Shown here piece after piece: positions 6,558 to 15,358 of a DNA stretch of 37,245 bases (positions are counted from its first letter, which is position 1; every line of letters begins with the position of its first letter). Position numbers and translations under genes: made by a program. Source of the DNA: a virus. Its lineage: Duplodnaviria > Caudoviricetes. The stretch lies in IMG/VR virus record IMGVR_UViG_3300004241_000114, positions 1-37,245 of that record, one strand, 5' to 3'. The notes under the pieces were generated by a model that made no database searches, was not told the DNA's origin, and worked only from the letters and a program-made list of their open reading frames with translations.

Positions 6558-6734
6558 ATGGGAAGTATGAATATATGCCCTAACTGTAAAGGAATAAATG
6601 TAAAAGTTAAAAGAGAAGTAGGTTGCTTCTGGATAGTCTTCTTCTTTGTATCCTGTGGACTAGGACTCATAATGTATCCATTTTTACCAAGAGTCGCACA
6701 ATGTAAGGACTGTGGTAATAAATGGAAGATATAA
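6558..6734 (+). CDS. LITAF-like zinc ribbon with hydrophobic insert (58 aa, not in ORF track)
   Basis: MGSMNICPNC...GCFWIVFFFVSCGLGLIMYPFLP..AQCKDCGNKW: two CxxC motifs flanking a hydrophobic segment. Confidence 0.75.
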   Translation: MGSMNICPNCKGINVKVKREVGCFWIVFFFVSCGLGLIMYPFLPRVAQCKDCGNKWKI

Positions 6735-6754
6735 ATTAAAATCCAATAAGTAAT

Positions 6755-6922
6755 ATGGAGAACCTAGGGGAAAGTATTTATACTAGAGATATTAAGAAAC
6801 TAAAAGATTACATTGAGTGGGAGTTAGAAAATAACAGTTATGATTGGCAACAAAGAAGTGGAAGGGACAAGAACGATATAATAAGATTGTTGTCCGAGTA
6901 TATAATTTTAACAAATAAGTAA
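6755..6922 (+). CDS. Hypothetical protein (55 aa, not in ORF track)
   Basis: MENLGESIY...IILTNK; starts and ends in array junction motifs. Confidence 0.65.
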   Translation: MENLGESIYTRDIKKLKDYIEWELENNSYDWQQRSGRDKNDIIRLLSEYIILTNK

Positions 6923-6924
6923 TC

Positions 6925-7266
6925 ATGGAGAAGAGAAGTAATTATGAAAAAGAAATAGTCAAAATTGCAGGGATTGTGGAGAAGGAAATGAAGTTGAGTG
7001 GGCTTACTTCTGGGGTTTACATAGAGTGGTTACTAAAGACTTGTAAAAGAGTTGTTGAGAACGAAATGAGTCGTGTGAGAACACAATTAAATCAAGAACT
7101 ATCCAAGGCAAGGGAAGAAGGGAAAATGGAAGTGCTAGAGGAAATGATAAAAGAAAACGGAGGAAATATTATACCAAGCCCAGAAGCCATACCGACACTA
7201 ATGTTTAGAAGAGAAATAAGAGAGTACCTTAATAACAAATTATCTAAATTAAAAGACAATAAGTAA
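6925..7266 (+). CDS. Array hypothetical protein
   Basis: MEK...ELSKAREEG...LSKLKDNK. Confidence 0.75.
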   Translation: MEKRSNYEKEIVKIAGIVEKEMKLSGLTSGVYIEWLLKTCKRVVENEMSRVRTQLNQELSKAREEGKMEVLEEMIKENGGNIIPSPEAIPTLMFRREIREYLNNKLSKLKDNK

Positions 7267-7267
7267 T

Positions 7268-7537
7268 ATGGAAAAGAAAGAAGAACAATTAGCAAGGTTA
7301 TTCCACAACACATATGAGAGATTAGCACCAGAGTTTGGATATACAACAAGGGGAGATACAAAACAGTTTGATAAGAATAGTCCTAATGGAAAGTTAATGG
7401 TAGCAGTATGTAGAGAAGTTATGATTGAAGAACTAGACAAAGCAAGGGAAGAGGGGATGCTAAGTGCAGTCAAGGAGCTTCTCTCCAAAGAGGAATATAG
7501 GGAATTAGAAAAGAAAATATCTAAATTAAAACAATAA
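7268..7537 (+). CDS. Array hypothetical protein
   Basis: MEKKE...ELDKAREEGM...ISKLKQ. Confidence 0.75.
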   Translation: MEKKEEQLARLFHNTYERLAPEFGYTTRGDTKQFDKNSPNGKLMVAVCREVMIEELDKAREEGMLSAVKELLSKEEYRELEKKISKLKQ

Positions 7538-7542
7538 GAGAT

Positions 7543-8001
7543 ATGGAGAAGAAAGAATCAGAACTTATTAGGGCTTTAAGAGAGGATTATGAGAAACTAT
7601 ATGTTAAAGAATATACTACTGGGTGGAGAGAACAGAGGTTAATAAGAAACATTGAACTAGGAATTATGTCGTTGGAAAATACAGAAAGATACATCTCAAG
7701 AGAACTAGACAAAGCAAGGGAAGAGGGGATGAGAGAAGTTTTGGAGAATGAGTTATTTATAGGTGATTATGATGTATTAAAACAAGGATTAAGGATAAGG
7801 ACTGTTGATAGGGAGAACTTTCTAGCACAAATATATAAAACAGTTAAGGAAAAATATAGCTGGGCATTTGGAACTGCTACCTATAAACAAGCACTGAAGA
7901 TGATAGAGAACAGTTTAACATCACAATTAACTCCCTATGTAGGATTGGATGCAATGGTAGATGAAGCAAGGATTGAGGAGTTATCTAAATTAAAACAATA
8001 A
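7543..8001 (+). CDS. Array hypothetical protein
   Basis: MEKKE...ELDKAREEGM...LSKLKQ. Confidence 0.75.
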   Translation: MEKKESELIRALREDYEKLYVKEYTTGWREQRLIRNIELGIMSLENTERYISRELDKAREEGMREVLENELFIGDYDVLKQGLRIRTVDRENFLAQIYKTVKEKYSWAFGTATYKQALKMIENSLTSQLTPYVGLDAMVDEARIEELSKLKQ

Positions 8002-8006
8002 GTAAT

Positions 8007-8402
8007 ATGGAGAAGATAAAAAGATGTTCAAAATGTGGCACAGTATATAACTGCGCATTTTTTGATACACACTTTTGCTTATATGATGATACAGAATTAG
8101 AATTAGTAAAAGATAGTAAAGCACAGGACACCCCAGAGGAGAAAGTATTAGACAGGGATTGTGGGCAAAAGCTTGTTGAAAGAACTCTAGAAGACGGGAC
8201 AAAGGAAATGCAATGGGTTTCGGAATCTCAAGTTAAGGACACTACAGAGGAATGGAAGGAAGGGCTTATGGAAATATGGAACAAAGCTTTGCCATTCAAT
8301 TTTGTCAAATACACAATATTAGAAAATTATGTTAAACAACTCCTAGAAGAGAAAGGAAAAGATATTTATGCCAAGATATTAGATAAACTAAACGATAAGT
8401 AG
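8007..8402 (+). CDS. Array hypothetical protein with N-terminal Cys cluster
   Basis: MEKIKRCSKCG...FC..D; internal QDTPEE/KDTTEE repeat; ends LDKLNDK. Confidence 0.7.
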   Translation: MEKIKRCSKCGTVYNCAFFDTHFCLYDDTELELVKDSKAQDTPEEKVLDRDCGQKLVERTLEDGTKEMQWVSESQVKDTTEEWKEGLMEIWNKALPFNFVKYTILENYVKQLLEEKGKDIYAKILDKLNDK

Positions 8403-8404
8403 AA

Positions 8405-8785
8405 ATGAAAGTAATACATACAGAACTAAAGAACTATAACAGAAGGGCTGATAACTCTGTATCTCTTAAAGTGGACTCTTTAACAGAACTATCAAGTAAA
8501 GCAATAGGTGAAATAGATAGTTATAGAGGTAATATAGCAATAGTAGTCCTAACAGATAGCTTAATAGGAAATGAAATTGATATAAATGTTGATGATATAT
8601 TAGAAGGACTACCAGAAGCAGATCTATATGATAACCACAAAACACCAAGCCAAAGACTTAGAAATGTTTTGTATGTACAGTGTGAACAGAAACTAGGACA
8701 CAAACCTACTAACGAAGAGTTTGCAGATTACTATAAAAGAAAAATGGATGCATTGATAGGTAAAATAAAAGAAACATTAAATTAA
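8405..8785 (+). CDS. Hypothetical phage protein
   Basis: 126-aa tightly packed ORF; KTPSQRLRNVLY segment; function not assigned. Confidence 0.7.
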   Translation: MKVIHTELKNYNRRADNSVSLKVDSLTELSSKAIGEIDSYRGNIAIVVLTDSLIGNEIDINVDDILEGLPEADLYDNHKTPSQRLRNVLYVQCEQKLGHKPTNEEFADYYKRKMDALIGKIKETLN

Positions 8786-8797
8786 ATAAACAAACAA

Positions 8798-9040
8798 ATG
8801 ATTAACAAAAACAAATACTATACATTCCCAGAAATAGCAGAGATATTAGGAGTAGCAAAGAAAACTGTTTATGGAAGATTTTATGCAAACCAAACAGGTC
8901 TTGGTGTTGTCATTAAAGACGGGGATTATGCAGTAATAGGAAAGGATCTTGAGTTATGGAAACCTAAGAAAACAGGAACCAAAACAAAAGAAGAGAAACT
9001 AGAACAAGCAAAGAAACTTGGTATCAAGGTTATTGAGTAG
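8798..9040 (+). CDS. Helix-turn-helix DNA-binding protein (excisionase-like)
   Basis: YYTFPEIAEILGVAKKTVY. Confidence 0.75.
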   Translation: MINKNKYYTFPEIAEILGVAKKTVYGRFYANQTGLGVVIKDGDYAVIGKDLELWKPKKTGTKTKEEKLEQAKKLGIKVIE

Positions 9041-9042
9041 TA

Positions 9043-9071
9043 TTGACAGACTTATAAAGCCCTTATATACT
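9043..9071 (+). promoter_or_regulatory. Sigma70-type promoter
   Basis: TTGACA 9043-9048, 17 bp, TATACT 9066-9071. Confidence 0.75.
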
Positions 9072-9096
9072 ACTTAATAATTCGAGTTGCTATGAA

Positions 9097-9420
9097 ATGC
9101 CCCAAACTACAGCAAGAGGAGAAGCAAAGTATTGTACATCCAGCATAGGACAGATATCTTTTCTACTATGGGAAAACATATATCCAGACGACTTAACGAT
9201 TGAACCAGTAGCCTGTCTTTACTTTGGTAAACAAGACTTCGGAAACGCACTCTCTAAATACTGGGAAGGTTATACAGTACCTATGTGTGAAATAGCTGAG
9301 TGTATAAATATAGCAAACAAGATCGTTAAACAAAAAGCAATCAAAAAAGAGTGGTTCTCTGAATTAAAAGAAGCTATAGAAGAACTCAGAGAGGACTATA
9401 TAGTACCTAAAATGTTTTAA
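9097..9420 (+). CDS. Hypothetical protein
   Basis: 107-aa ORF downstream of the promoter. Confidence 0.65.
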   Translation: MPQTTARGEAKYCTSSIGQISFLLWENIYPDDLTIEPVACLYFGKQDFGNALSKYWEGYTVPMCEIAECINIANKIVKQKAIKKEWFSELKEAIEELREDYIVPKMF

Positions 9421-9427
9421 CAAACTA

Positions 9428-10288
9428 ATGAACAATGTTCTCGTTGTAGGTGGTGCAGGATACATAGGAAGACATACAGTCCTATACCTTCATGAACACG
9501 GAATTAAAGTTACTGTAGTAGATAACTACTCTAACAGTTATGCAGACTTTACTATTCCAGGAGTCAGCTATGTAGAAACAGATATATCCCAAGTAGATAC
9601 TAAATACTTAAACAAGTTCTCAGGTGTTATATATCTAGCAGCAGATAAGAGCGTTCTTAATAGTGAACAACACCCTTCTAAGTACCTTGATAACCTTACA
9701 ACCTTAAGAGACTTCCTAGAAAGGTTGGATGGGAGCATACCTCTTATGTATGCATCAAGTGCAGCTGCTATTAACCCTGTTAATACTTACGGACTCGTTA
9801 AAGCTATGAGTGAAAAGATAATCAACGAACTACACCCTAAACACACAATACTCAGGTACCAAAACGTAGCAGGTGCAGATCCTAAAGGTAGAACAGGTCC
9901 AGACCCAAGAATTATTGATAGCTTCATAGACAAAACCTTCCTACAAAAAGACCTTAAACTAAGAAAAGGTTTTATCTTCCCAAGAAGAGATTATGTCCAT
10001 GTCTGGGATGTAGCTATGTGTAATATCTTTGCACTTATTAAAGCAGAAACAGCAAAGGGAAATAAAATATTCAATGTAGCTTCAGGAAAGACTACAAGCG
10101 TTAAACAAATTGCAAACCTAGTAGGTAGAAAATGTAATGTAGAACCTATCTCTAAAAGCGAAGTCCTTATATCCAGAGGTAAACCAGACAAATACTTTTA
10201 TGTTACAATGAATATGAAAGATATTATAAAAGATGTATCTAATTGGTATCGTAACTTAGGAGTTCCAACCTATGAGAAAACCAAGTAA
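9428..10288 (+). CDS. galE: NAD-dependent NDP-sugar epimerase (GalE-like)
   Basis: VLVVGGAGYIG, SSAA, YGLVK (YxxxK), LRYQNVAGADP, RDYVHV.DVA. Confidence 0.8.
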   Translation: MNNVLVVGGAGYIGRHTVLYLHEHGIKVTVVDNYSNSYADFTIPGVSYVETDISQVDTKYLNKFSGVIYLAADKSVLNSEQHPSKYLDNLTTLRDFLERLDGSIPLMYASSAAAINPVNTYGLVKAMSEKIINELHPKHTILRYQNVAGADPKGRTGPDPRIIDSFIDKTFLQKDLKLRKGFIFPRRDYVHVWDVAMCNIFALIKAETAKGNKIFNVASGKTTSVKQIANLVGRKCNVEPISKSEVLISRGKPDKYFYVTMNMKDIIKDVSNWYRNLGVPTYEKTK

Positions 10289-10649
10289 GAAAACACTAAC
10301 AATTAAACTGGACAACGCATGGAGTAAAGCTGTTAGACTTAAAGCTAAAAACAAATGTGAGGTATGTGGGAAAACAGAATCACTCAACTCTCACCATATA
10401 GAAGGAAGAAGAAACTATGCTCTACGCTGGGACATACAAAACGGCGTGTGCCTTTGTAGTGGTTGTCATGTATTCAAAAAAGAATCAGCACACCAGTCTC
10501 CAGAATGGTTCCACTTCTGGTTGGAAGATAATAAATGGCAGGATCTACAATATGTTATGAATAATAGAAACGATATTAAAAAATGGACTATTGAAGATAT
10601 GCAAGATAAACTAACTGAATTAAATGATATAATAAAGAAATGGGAGTAA
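10272..10649 (+). CDS. NinG/Rap-like HNH endonuclease
   Basis: LD..WS..VR...CEVCG...SHH...RR....RW...NG.CLC..CH. Confidence 0.75.
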   Translation: MRKPSKKTLTIKLDNAWSKAVRLKAKNKCEVCGKTESLNSHHIEGRRNYALRWDIQNGVCLCSGCHVFKKESAHQSPEWFHFWLEDNKWQDLQYVMNNRNDIKKWTIEDMQDKLTELNDIIKKWE

Positions 10650-10759
10650 GCAAACCTTACACAAACGATATGGCTGACCCAGAAAGAATGAAAAGATACG
10701 CTGAAAACTGGGAAAGAATATTCGGTAAAAACAAGGAGAATAAAAAGAAAAAGAAATAG
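10640..10759 (+). CDS. Small basic protein (39 aa, not in ORF track)
   Basis: MGVSKPYT...YAENWERIFGK...KKKKK; overlaps the upstream stop. Confidence 0.55.
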   Translation: MGVSKPYTNDMADPERMKRYAENWERIFGKNKENKKKKK

Positions 10760-10806
10760 TGCTATAATATAGTATATAAACCTATAAAACGTAACATTTA
10801 CGTAAC

Positions 10807-11106
10807 ATGAATAAGTCAAGAACAGCAACAGTAAGGGAAAGTGAGAACAAAGCTATTATACAAATGAACAGCTACGAAGACCTAATGATTGTATATGAAG
10901 AATTAGCAGTCTTAGACTCTGCATTAAGAGGTTTATGGGCCACAACTATAGGAACACAAGACGAAAGACTAAAAAGTGATAACTTCAAGTGGTTAATAGA
11001 AATGGGAATAGGTAAAGCCTCTCAGAGAGTAGATATGACAAGTAAGGGAGAAAAGATAGTTGCAGGTATATTCATAGAGGGACTAGACGATGATAAAGAC
11101 GTATAA
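10807..11106 (+). CDS. Putative terminase small subunit
   Basis: Directly upstream of and overlapping TerL; C-terminal GKA.QRVD.TSKGEKI. Confidence 0.55.
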   Translation: MNKSRTATVRESENKAIIQMNSYEDLMIVYEELAVLDSALRGLWATTIGTQDERLKSDNFKWLIEMGIGKASQRVDMTSKGEKIVAGIFIEGLDDDKDV

Positions 11107-12469
11107 GCCTCACAAATATCAGAAAGATTTTCATAATAGTCCAGCAAGATTTAGAACACTCATAGCAGGAAGACGTGGTGGTAAATCTCTTTCAGGGACT
11201 ATTGAAGCACTTAGGTATGCAGACATCAAAGCACAGGAAATAGGAAGACCAACAAAGGGTATGATAGTTGCTCCTACCTATCCTATGTTAAAGGATGTAA
11301 ATATACCTATGTTTATGGACTGGTGTCCTCTTGATAGTATAAAGAGTTGGAATAAAGTAGATACAAGGGTTGAACTTATAAATGGAAGCTCTATAACATT
11401 CAGGTCAGGAGACAATCCAGACAGACTAAGAGGTGTTGGATTAGACTGGATATGGTTAGACGAGGCCTGTTTTATGGATCGCTCTGTATGGGAAGTTGTT
11501 TATCCTACTTTAACAGACAACAGAGGTGTTGCTTGGATTACTACTACGCCACAGGGTTATGACTGGGTTTACAAGATGTTTTATCAACCTGCTACAAAGG
11601 GAAATCCTGACTATGCTGCATGGAGGTATGCTACCGAAGAGAATCCTTACATTGACAAAGACCTTATAATGAAAGCTAAGGAGGATATGAGTGATATTAT
11701 GTTCAAGCAGGAGTATATGGCTAGTTTTGAGAAGTTTGAGGGTATGATATATCCAGACTTTGAAGAGGATAGACATGTTATTAGTGTACCTGAAAGAGAA
11801 TTAACAGATATATTCTTTGTTGGTTTAGATGTAGGTTGGAATCACCCAACTGCTGTATTGTTAGCTAAGGAGGACGTAAAGCACAACATCTATATAATTG
11901 ACGAAATAAGGGAGCAGTATTTAACATCAAAAGATATCTCTAACAATCTCAAAGCATTGCTAATAAGGAATGGACTTACACAGGATGATATAACTGCTTT
12001 TGTAGTAGATCCTGCAAGTAAAGGAACACAACAGACAAGTGGAATGAGTATGAAAGACCAACTAGCAGAAGAGGGCTGGGGTTTTATATCTGCTAACAAC
12101 GATGTAATGGCTGGTATCAACAGGGTTACAAGACTTCTAAGAGAGAATAAGTTATTCATAAGTAAAAGGTGTCCAAAGCTAACTAGTGAAGTTAAAGACT
12201 ATCACTGGAGGAAATGGAAAGAAGACACAGACGCACAGAGAGTTAAACCATTTAAGATGGGTGATGACCTGTGTGATGTTCTTAGATACCTAGCAATGAG
12301 TAGGCCAGACTACTTTGAACACCCAGAGCTTGATATGTACGGAAGAGTGGTAGAAGAAGGAGGAGATCCTATTACTGGCTATGTTAAACCAGCAGGAACA
12401 GAGATAGATGATATGGAGGACTCGATAGAAACATTATCTGGTGGGTTTGATGTAGATGATTTGTTTTAG
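11090..12469 (+). CDS. terL: Terminase large subunit
   Basis: Walker A AGRRGGKS, Walker B WIWLDEA, motif III TTTP, nuclease GLDVG and DDLCDVLRY. Confidence 0.95.
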   Translation: MIKTYKPHKYQKDFHNSPARFRTLIAGRRGGKSLSGTIEALRYADIKAQEIGRPTKGMIVAPTYPMLKDVNIPMFMDWCPLDSIKSWNKVDTRVELINGSSITFRSGDNPDRLRGVGLDWIWLDEACFMDRSVWEVVYPTLTDNRGVAWITTTPQGYDWVYKMFYQPATKGNPDYAAWRYATEENPYIDKDLIMKAKEDMSDIMFKQEYMASFEKFEGMIYPDFEEDRHVISVPERELTDIFFVGLDVGWNHPTAVLLAKEDVKHNIYIIDEIREQYLTSKDISNNLKALLIRNGLTQDDITAFVVDPASKGTQQTSGMSMKDQLAEEGWGFISANNDVMAGINRVTRLLRENKLFISKRCPKLTSEVKDYHWRKWKEDTDAQRVKPFKMGDDLCDVLRYLAMSRPDYFEHPELDMYGRVVEEGGDPITGYVKPAGTEIDDMEDSIETLSGGFDVDDLF

Positions 12470-12485
12470 TGTGTTATAATTAAAT

Positions 12486-12740
12486 ATGAATATTGAGGTA
12501 ATAGTTTTAGCAATTCTTTTAGGTCTTGCTATTATAATAAATGGGGTTGTGTCTGTTGTACAGGTTATAACCAACTCTAAAGACAGGAAAGAGCTAGAGA
12601 AGATGGTCAAAGCTAGTAGTTTACAAGAATATACTATGTATCAACCAGAGGAGAAAGAGGAGGAAGAGGTTGAGGATGATAGGTATGTTTCATTAGAAGA
12701 TATAGGTTCAGTCATAGGAGAAGAGGGGGCATTAAAATAG
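12486..12740 (+). CDS. Small single-TM protein with acidic tail
   Basis: N-terminal hydrophobic helix; ATG 5 nt after TGTTATAAT. Confidence 0.7.
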   Translation: MNIEVIVLAILLGLAIIINGVVSVVQVITNSKDRKELEKMVKASSLQEYTMYQPEEKEEEEVEDDRYVSLEDIGSVIGEEGALK

Positions 12741-12752
12741 TAACACTTAAAA

Positions 12753-14429
12753 ATGAAGAGTAATGCTCAAATCTCTGAGGAGAAAGTAAAAGGGGAGAAA
12801 TACAGTAGTACATACTGGACAAAGTATGTTGACGAGAAGTTTGAAGAGAGTAAGAACTGGAGGGGTTCTAATGTAGAGCTTCAGTGGTTTGTTAACTACA
12901 TGTATTATATGGGTTTTCAAAACCTGAAGTTTGATAAACAGACAAAGACATTCACCAATTCAAATAGAAATCCACTAACGTTCTATATTAACTATACCTA
13001 TATGATTGTTAGGGCAGTTAGAAACGCTGTAGTAAGAACACAGCCACAATGGGATGTTGACGCTTTACCATACGGAAAGATAGATGTTGTTGAAAGCCAG
13101 GTACTTGGGGAGTATTTAGCCTTTGAGTTTGACAAATTACAAATGGAAGAGAAGGTAAACAAGTTAGTCTTGTATGGACTTTTGTATGGACTTGGTATCT
13201 TCCAGTATGGATATGATGATATGGCTGACAATGGGGAAGGTAATGTTTGGGTAGATGTACTAGACCCATTTGACACATACATTGATCCTTTTGCTATGAC
13301 AGCAGACGATGCCAGGTATGTTATTAAGATAATGAGTAAACCTTTAGAGCTTGTTAAGCAGAATCCTAACTACGACAAAAAAGCATTGGAGAACTTGGCT
13401 TCTTCAGAGAAAATGAGTGAGAGTGATTATAAAGACTTGATACTCAATAACCTACACGATACAGGATATGTTAAAGGGAATGTACTTCTAAAGGAAGCAT
13501 GGTGCTTAACAGAAGAAGGTGTGAGGGTTATAACTATGTGTGATGGTGAAATACTAAGAAACGAGCTAACAGAGTTTAAGAAGCTACCTTTCATTTTCTA
13601 TCACCCAGATATTAACCTTAACACAGTATATGGAGAAGGTTGGGTTAAGAATATTGTTAACATTAACAAAGCTCTCAACTATCTTGAAACTAGCAGACTT
13701 GAGTACAATATATTGTTTAATAAAGGAAAGATACTTGCACCTAAGGGTAGTTCTATAAAGAACATAACAAACGCTAATGGTCAAGTTATACAGTATAAAC
13801 CAGGGTTTAAACCTGAGGTAATGGATATGAAGCCAATGGGTAGTGATGTAGAAAGACAGATATCAGCACTTGGTGGTTATATGCAACAGATTGGTGCAGC
13901 AAACGAAGCCTTCCTGGGTCAAACACCAGCAGGGGTTAAGAGTGGTGTAGCTATTGAAACACTTGTAGCTAATAACTATGTCAACCTAACAGATTTAATA
14001 AATAACCTTGCTAATTGTTTAGAGGACCTAGGAAAAGCAATACTAGGACTTGGGTATCAGTATCAGAATCTTATGAAGCCATTTAGAAACGACACAGGAG
14101 ATTTAATGGGTATTATTGGTGGTGATATAAACCCAGAAGAATTAGAAGGGTTTGACATACCAGTAGTTCCAATACCAGAGAACCCAGAGGTTAAGGTTAG
14201 AATTACAAGTGGTACAGCTTACACGAAAGAAGGAAAGAAAGAGATTATGCAGAACCTTAGAGCAATGGGAGCAGTATCTAACAGGACATTACTTGAAGCA
14301 TTTGATATAGACCCAGAAGAAGAAGAAACTAGAATGAAAGAAGAAATGGCAGCAATGCAACCAGAGCCTCCTCTTGAAGGAATGGATCCAAACGCACCAC
14401 TACCAGAAGGTATGCAATTAGAGATTTAA
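12753..14429 (+). CDS. Portal protein (podovirus-like)
   Basis: 558 aa after terL; DPFDTYIDP and PF......YGEG motifs; helical composition. Confidence 0.8.
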   Translation: MKSNAQISEEKVKGEKYSSTYWTKYVDEKFEESKNWRGSNVELQWFVNYMYYMGFQNLKFDKQTKTFTNSNRNPLTFYINYTYMIVRAVRNAVVRTQPQWDVDALPYGKIDVVESQVLGEYLAFEFDKLQMEEKVNKLVLYGLLYGLGIFQYGYDDMADNGEGNVWVDVLDPFDTYIDPFAMTADDARYVIKIMSKPLELVKQNPNYDKKALENLASSEKMSESDYKDLILNNLHDTGYVKGNVLLKEAWCLTEEGVRVITMCDGEILRNELTEFKKLPFIFYHPDINLNTVYGEGWVKNIVNINKALNYLETSRLEYNILFNKGKILAPKGSSIKNITNANGQVIQYKPGFKPEVMDMKPMGSDVERQISALGGYMQQIGAANEAFLGQTPAGVKSGVAIETLVANNYVNLTDLINNLANCLEDLGKAILGLGYQYQNLMKPFRNDTGDLMGIIGGDINPEELEGFDIPVVPIPENPEVKVRITSGTAYTKEGKKEIMQNLRAMGAVSNRTLLEAFDIDPEEEETRMKEEMAAMQPEPPLEGMDPNAPLPEGMQLEI

Positions 14430-14449
14430 AAATGTATGGTACAATAAAA

Positions 14450-14515
14450 TAGTGCTTAGATATGGAGACAGAGGATAAAGTCCCCTCTTGCCACTGTCTC
14501 CTTATGTGAGTATTA
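14450..14515 (+). ncRNA. Hairpin RNA with C-rich loop (candidate sRNA or leader element)
   Basis: TAGTGCTTA/TGAGTATTA, ATA/TAT and GGAGACAG/CTGTCTCC stems; loop contains TCCCCTCTTG; TGGTACAAT at 14437-14445. Confidence 0.6.
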
Positions 14516-14583
14516 GCTCTTTAAATATATAAATTGTTTAATCCCGTACGACACAGAAGTCGTTAAAATGTGGGAACTACAAA

Positions 14584-15330
14584 ATGGAAGAAGTAGTAAA
14601 CGCTGTAAATACAACGGAAGCACCCGTTACTGAGTCAGCATCGGTAGAAGAAAGCACTGTACAAGAATCTATGGACACGTCAGAGAAGACGGAAATCTCT
14701 CAGGATGACAAACAGGTTGATTCAGGAGTTTCTAAACCAGTCGAGAAAGAGTCTAGGGTAATCCCTTATGACAGATTTCAAGAAAAGGTACAGGAAGCCA
14801 ATGAATACAAAGCCAGACTTGAAGCTATAGAAGCTGATAGGATGGAGCAGGAAAGACTTGCTAATTTGGAGCCAGAAGAAAGAGCAAAGGAGGGTCAGCT
14901 ACAAAAAGCTAAAGAGACCTTGCGAAAGCTAGGTTTTGTTACTCAAGAAGAGCAACAAGCAATAGTGGAACAGAAACTCCAGGAAGAAAAAGCTCGTAAC
15001 TGGTTTGTTAGTGAAATGAATCGTCTTGAGTCAAAGTATGACGGAAAAGACGGATCACCAGCTTTCAGATCAACAGAAATAGCTGAGTTTATGGATGAGC
15101 AGATGTCTAAGGGTCAACATATTACAGACCCCGAGACAGCATACAAACTCATGAACTATGACGCTATAGTTGACGCAAAAGCAAAGTCCCAAAGAAGCTC
15201 TGCCTATTCAGAAAAGCAGTCTGGAGGAGTTCAGCAAATGACAGACAGTAGGAGTGCAGACTTAGAAGCTGCAGCCCAATCTGGAGACATTAGAAGTTTC
15301 TTAAAGAAATACGCTGGACCAAAACAATAG
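14584..15330 (+). CDS. Capsid scaffolding protein
   Basis: Acidic N-terminus, IPYDRF.E motif, coiled coil, position before the capsid gene. Confidence 0.75.
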   Translation: MEEVVNAVNTTEAPVTESASVEESTVQESMDTSEKTEISQDDKQVDSGVSKPVEKESRVIPYDRFQEKVQEANEYKARLEAIEADRMEQERLANLEPEERAKEGQLQKAKETLRKLGFVTQEEQQAIVEQKLQEEKARNWFVSEMNRLESKYDGKDGSPAFRSTEIAEFMDEQMSKGQHITDPETAYKLMNYDAIVDAKAKSQRSSAYSEKQSGGVQQMTDSRSADLEAAAQSGDIRSFLKKYAGPKQ

Positions 15331-15358
15331 AGGGATTTTAATTTGATTAAATATAGAA

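Larger units (their letters stand above)
6732..8407 (+). repeat. Dispersed junction and mid-gene repeats of the short-gene array
   Basis: TATCTAAATTAAAA(GA)CAATAAG.(A)ATATGGA.AAG at ~7241, 7518 and 7982, degenerate at 6732, 6911 and 8381; identical 31-mer at 7429-7459 and 7701-7731, variant at ~7095. Confidence 0.9.

Noticed and set aside
6732-8407. Junction repeats as a CRISPR array or integron attC sites
   Set aside because: Spacing is hundreds of bp and irregular, the repeats are coding and non-palindromic, and no cas or integrase gene is present.
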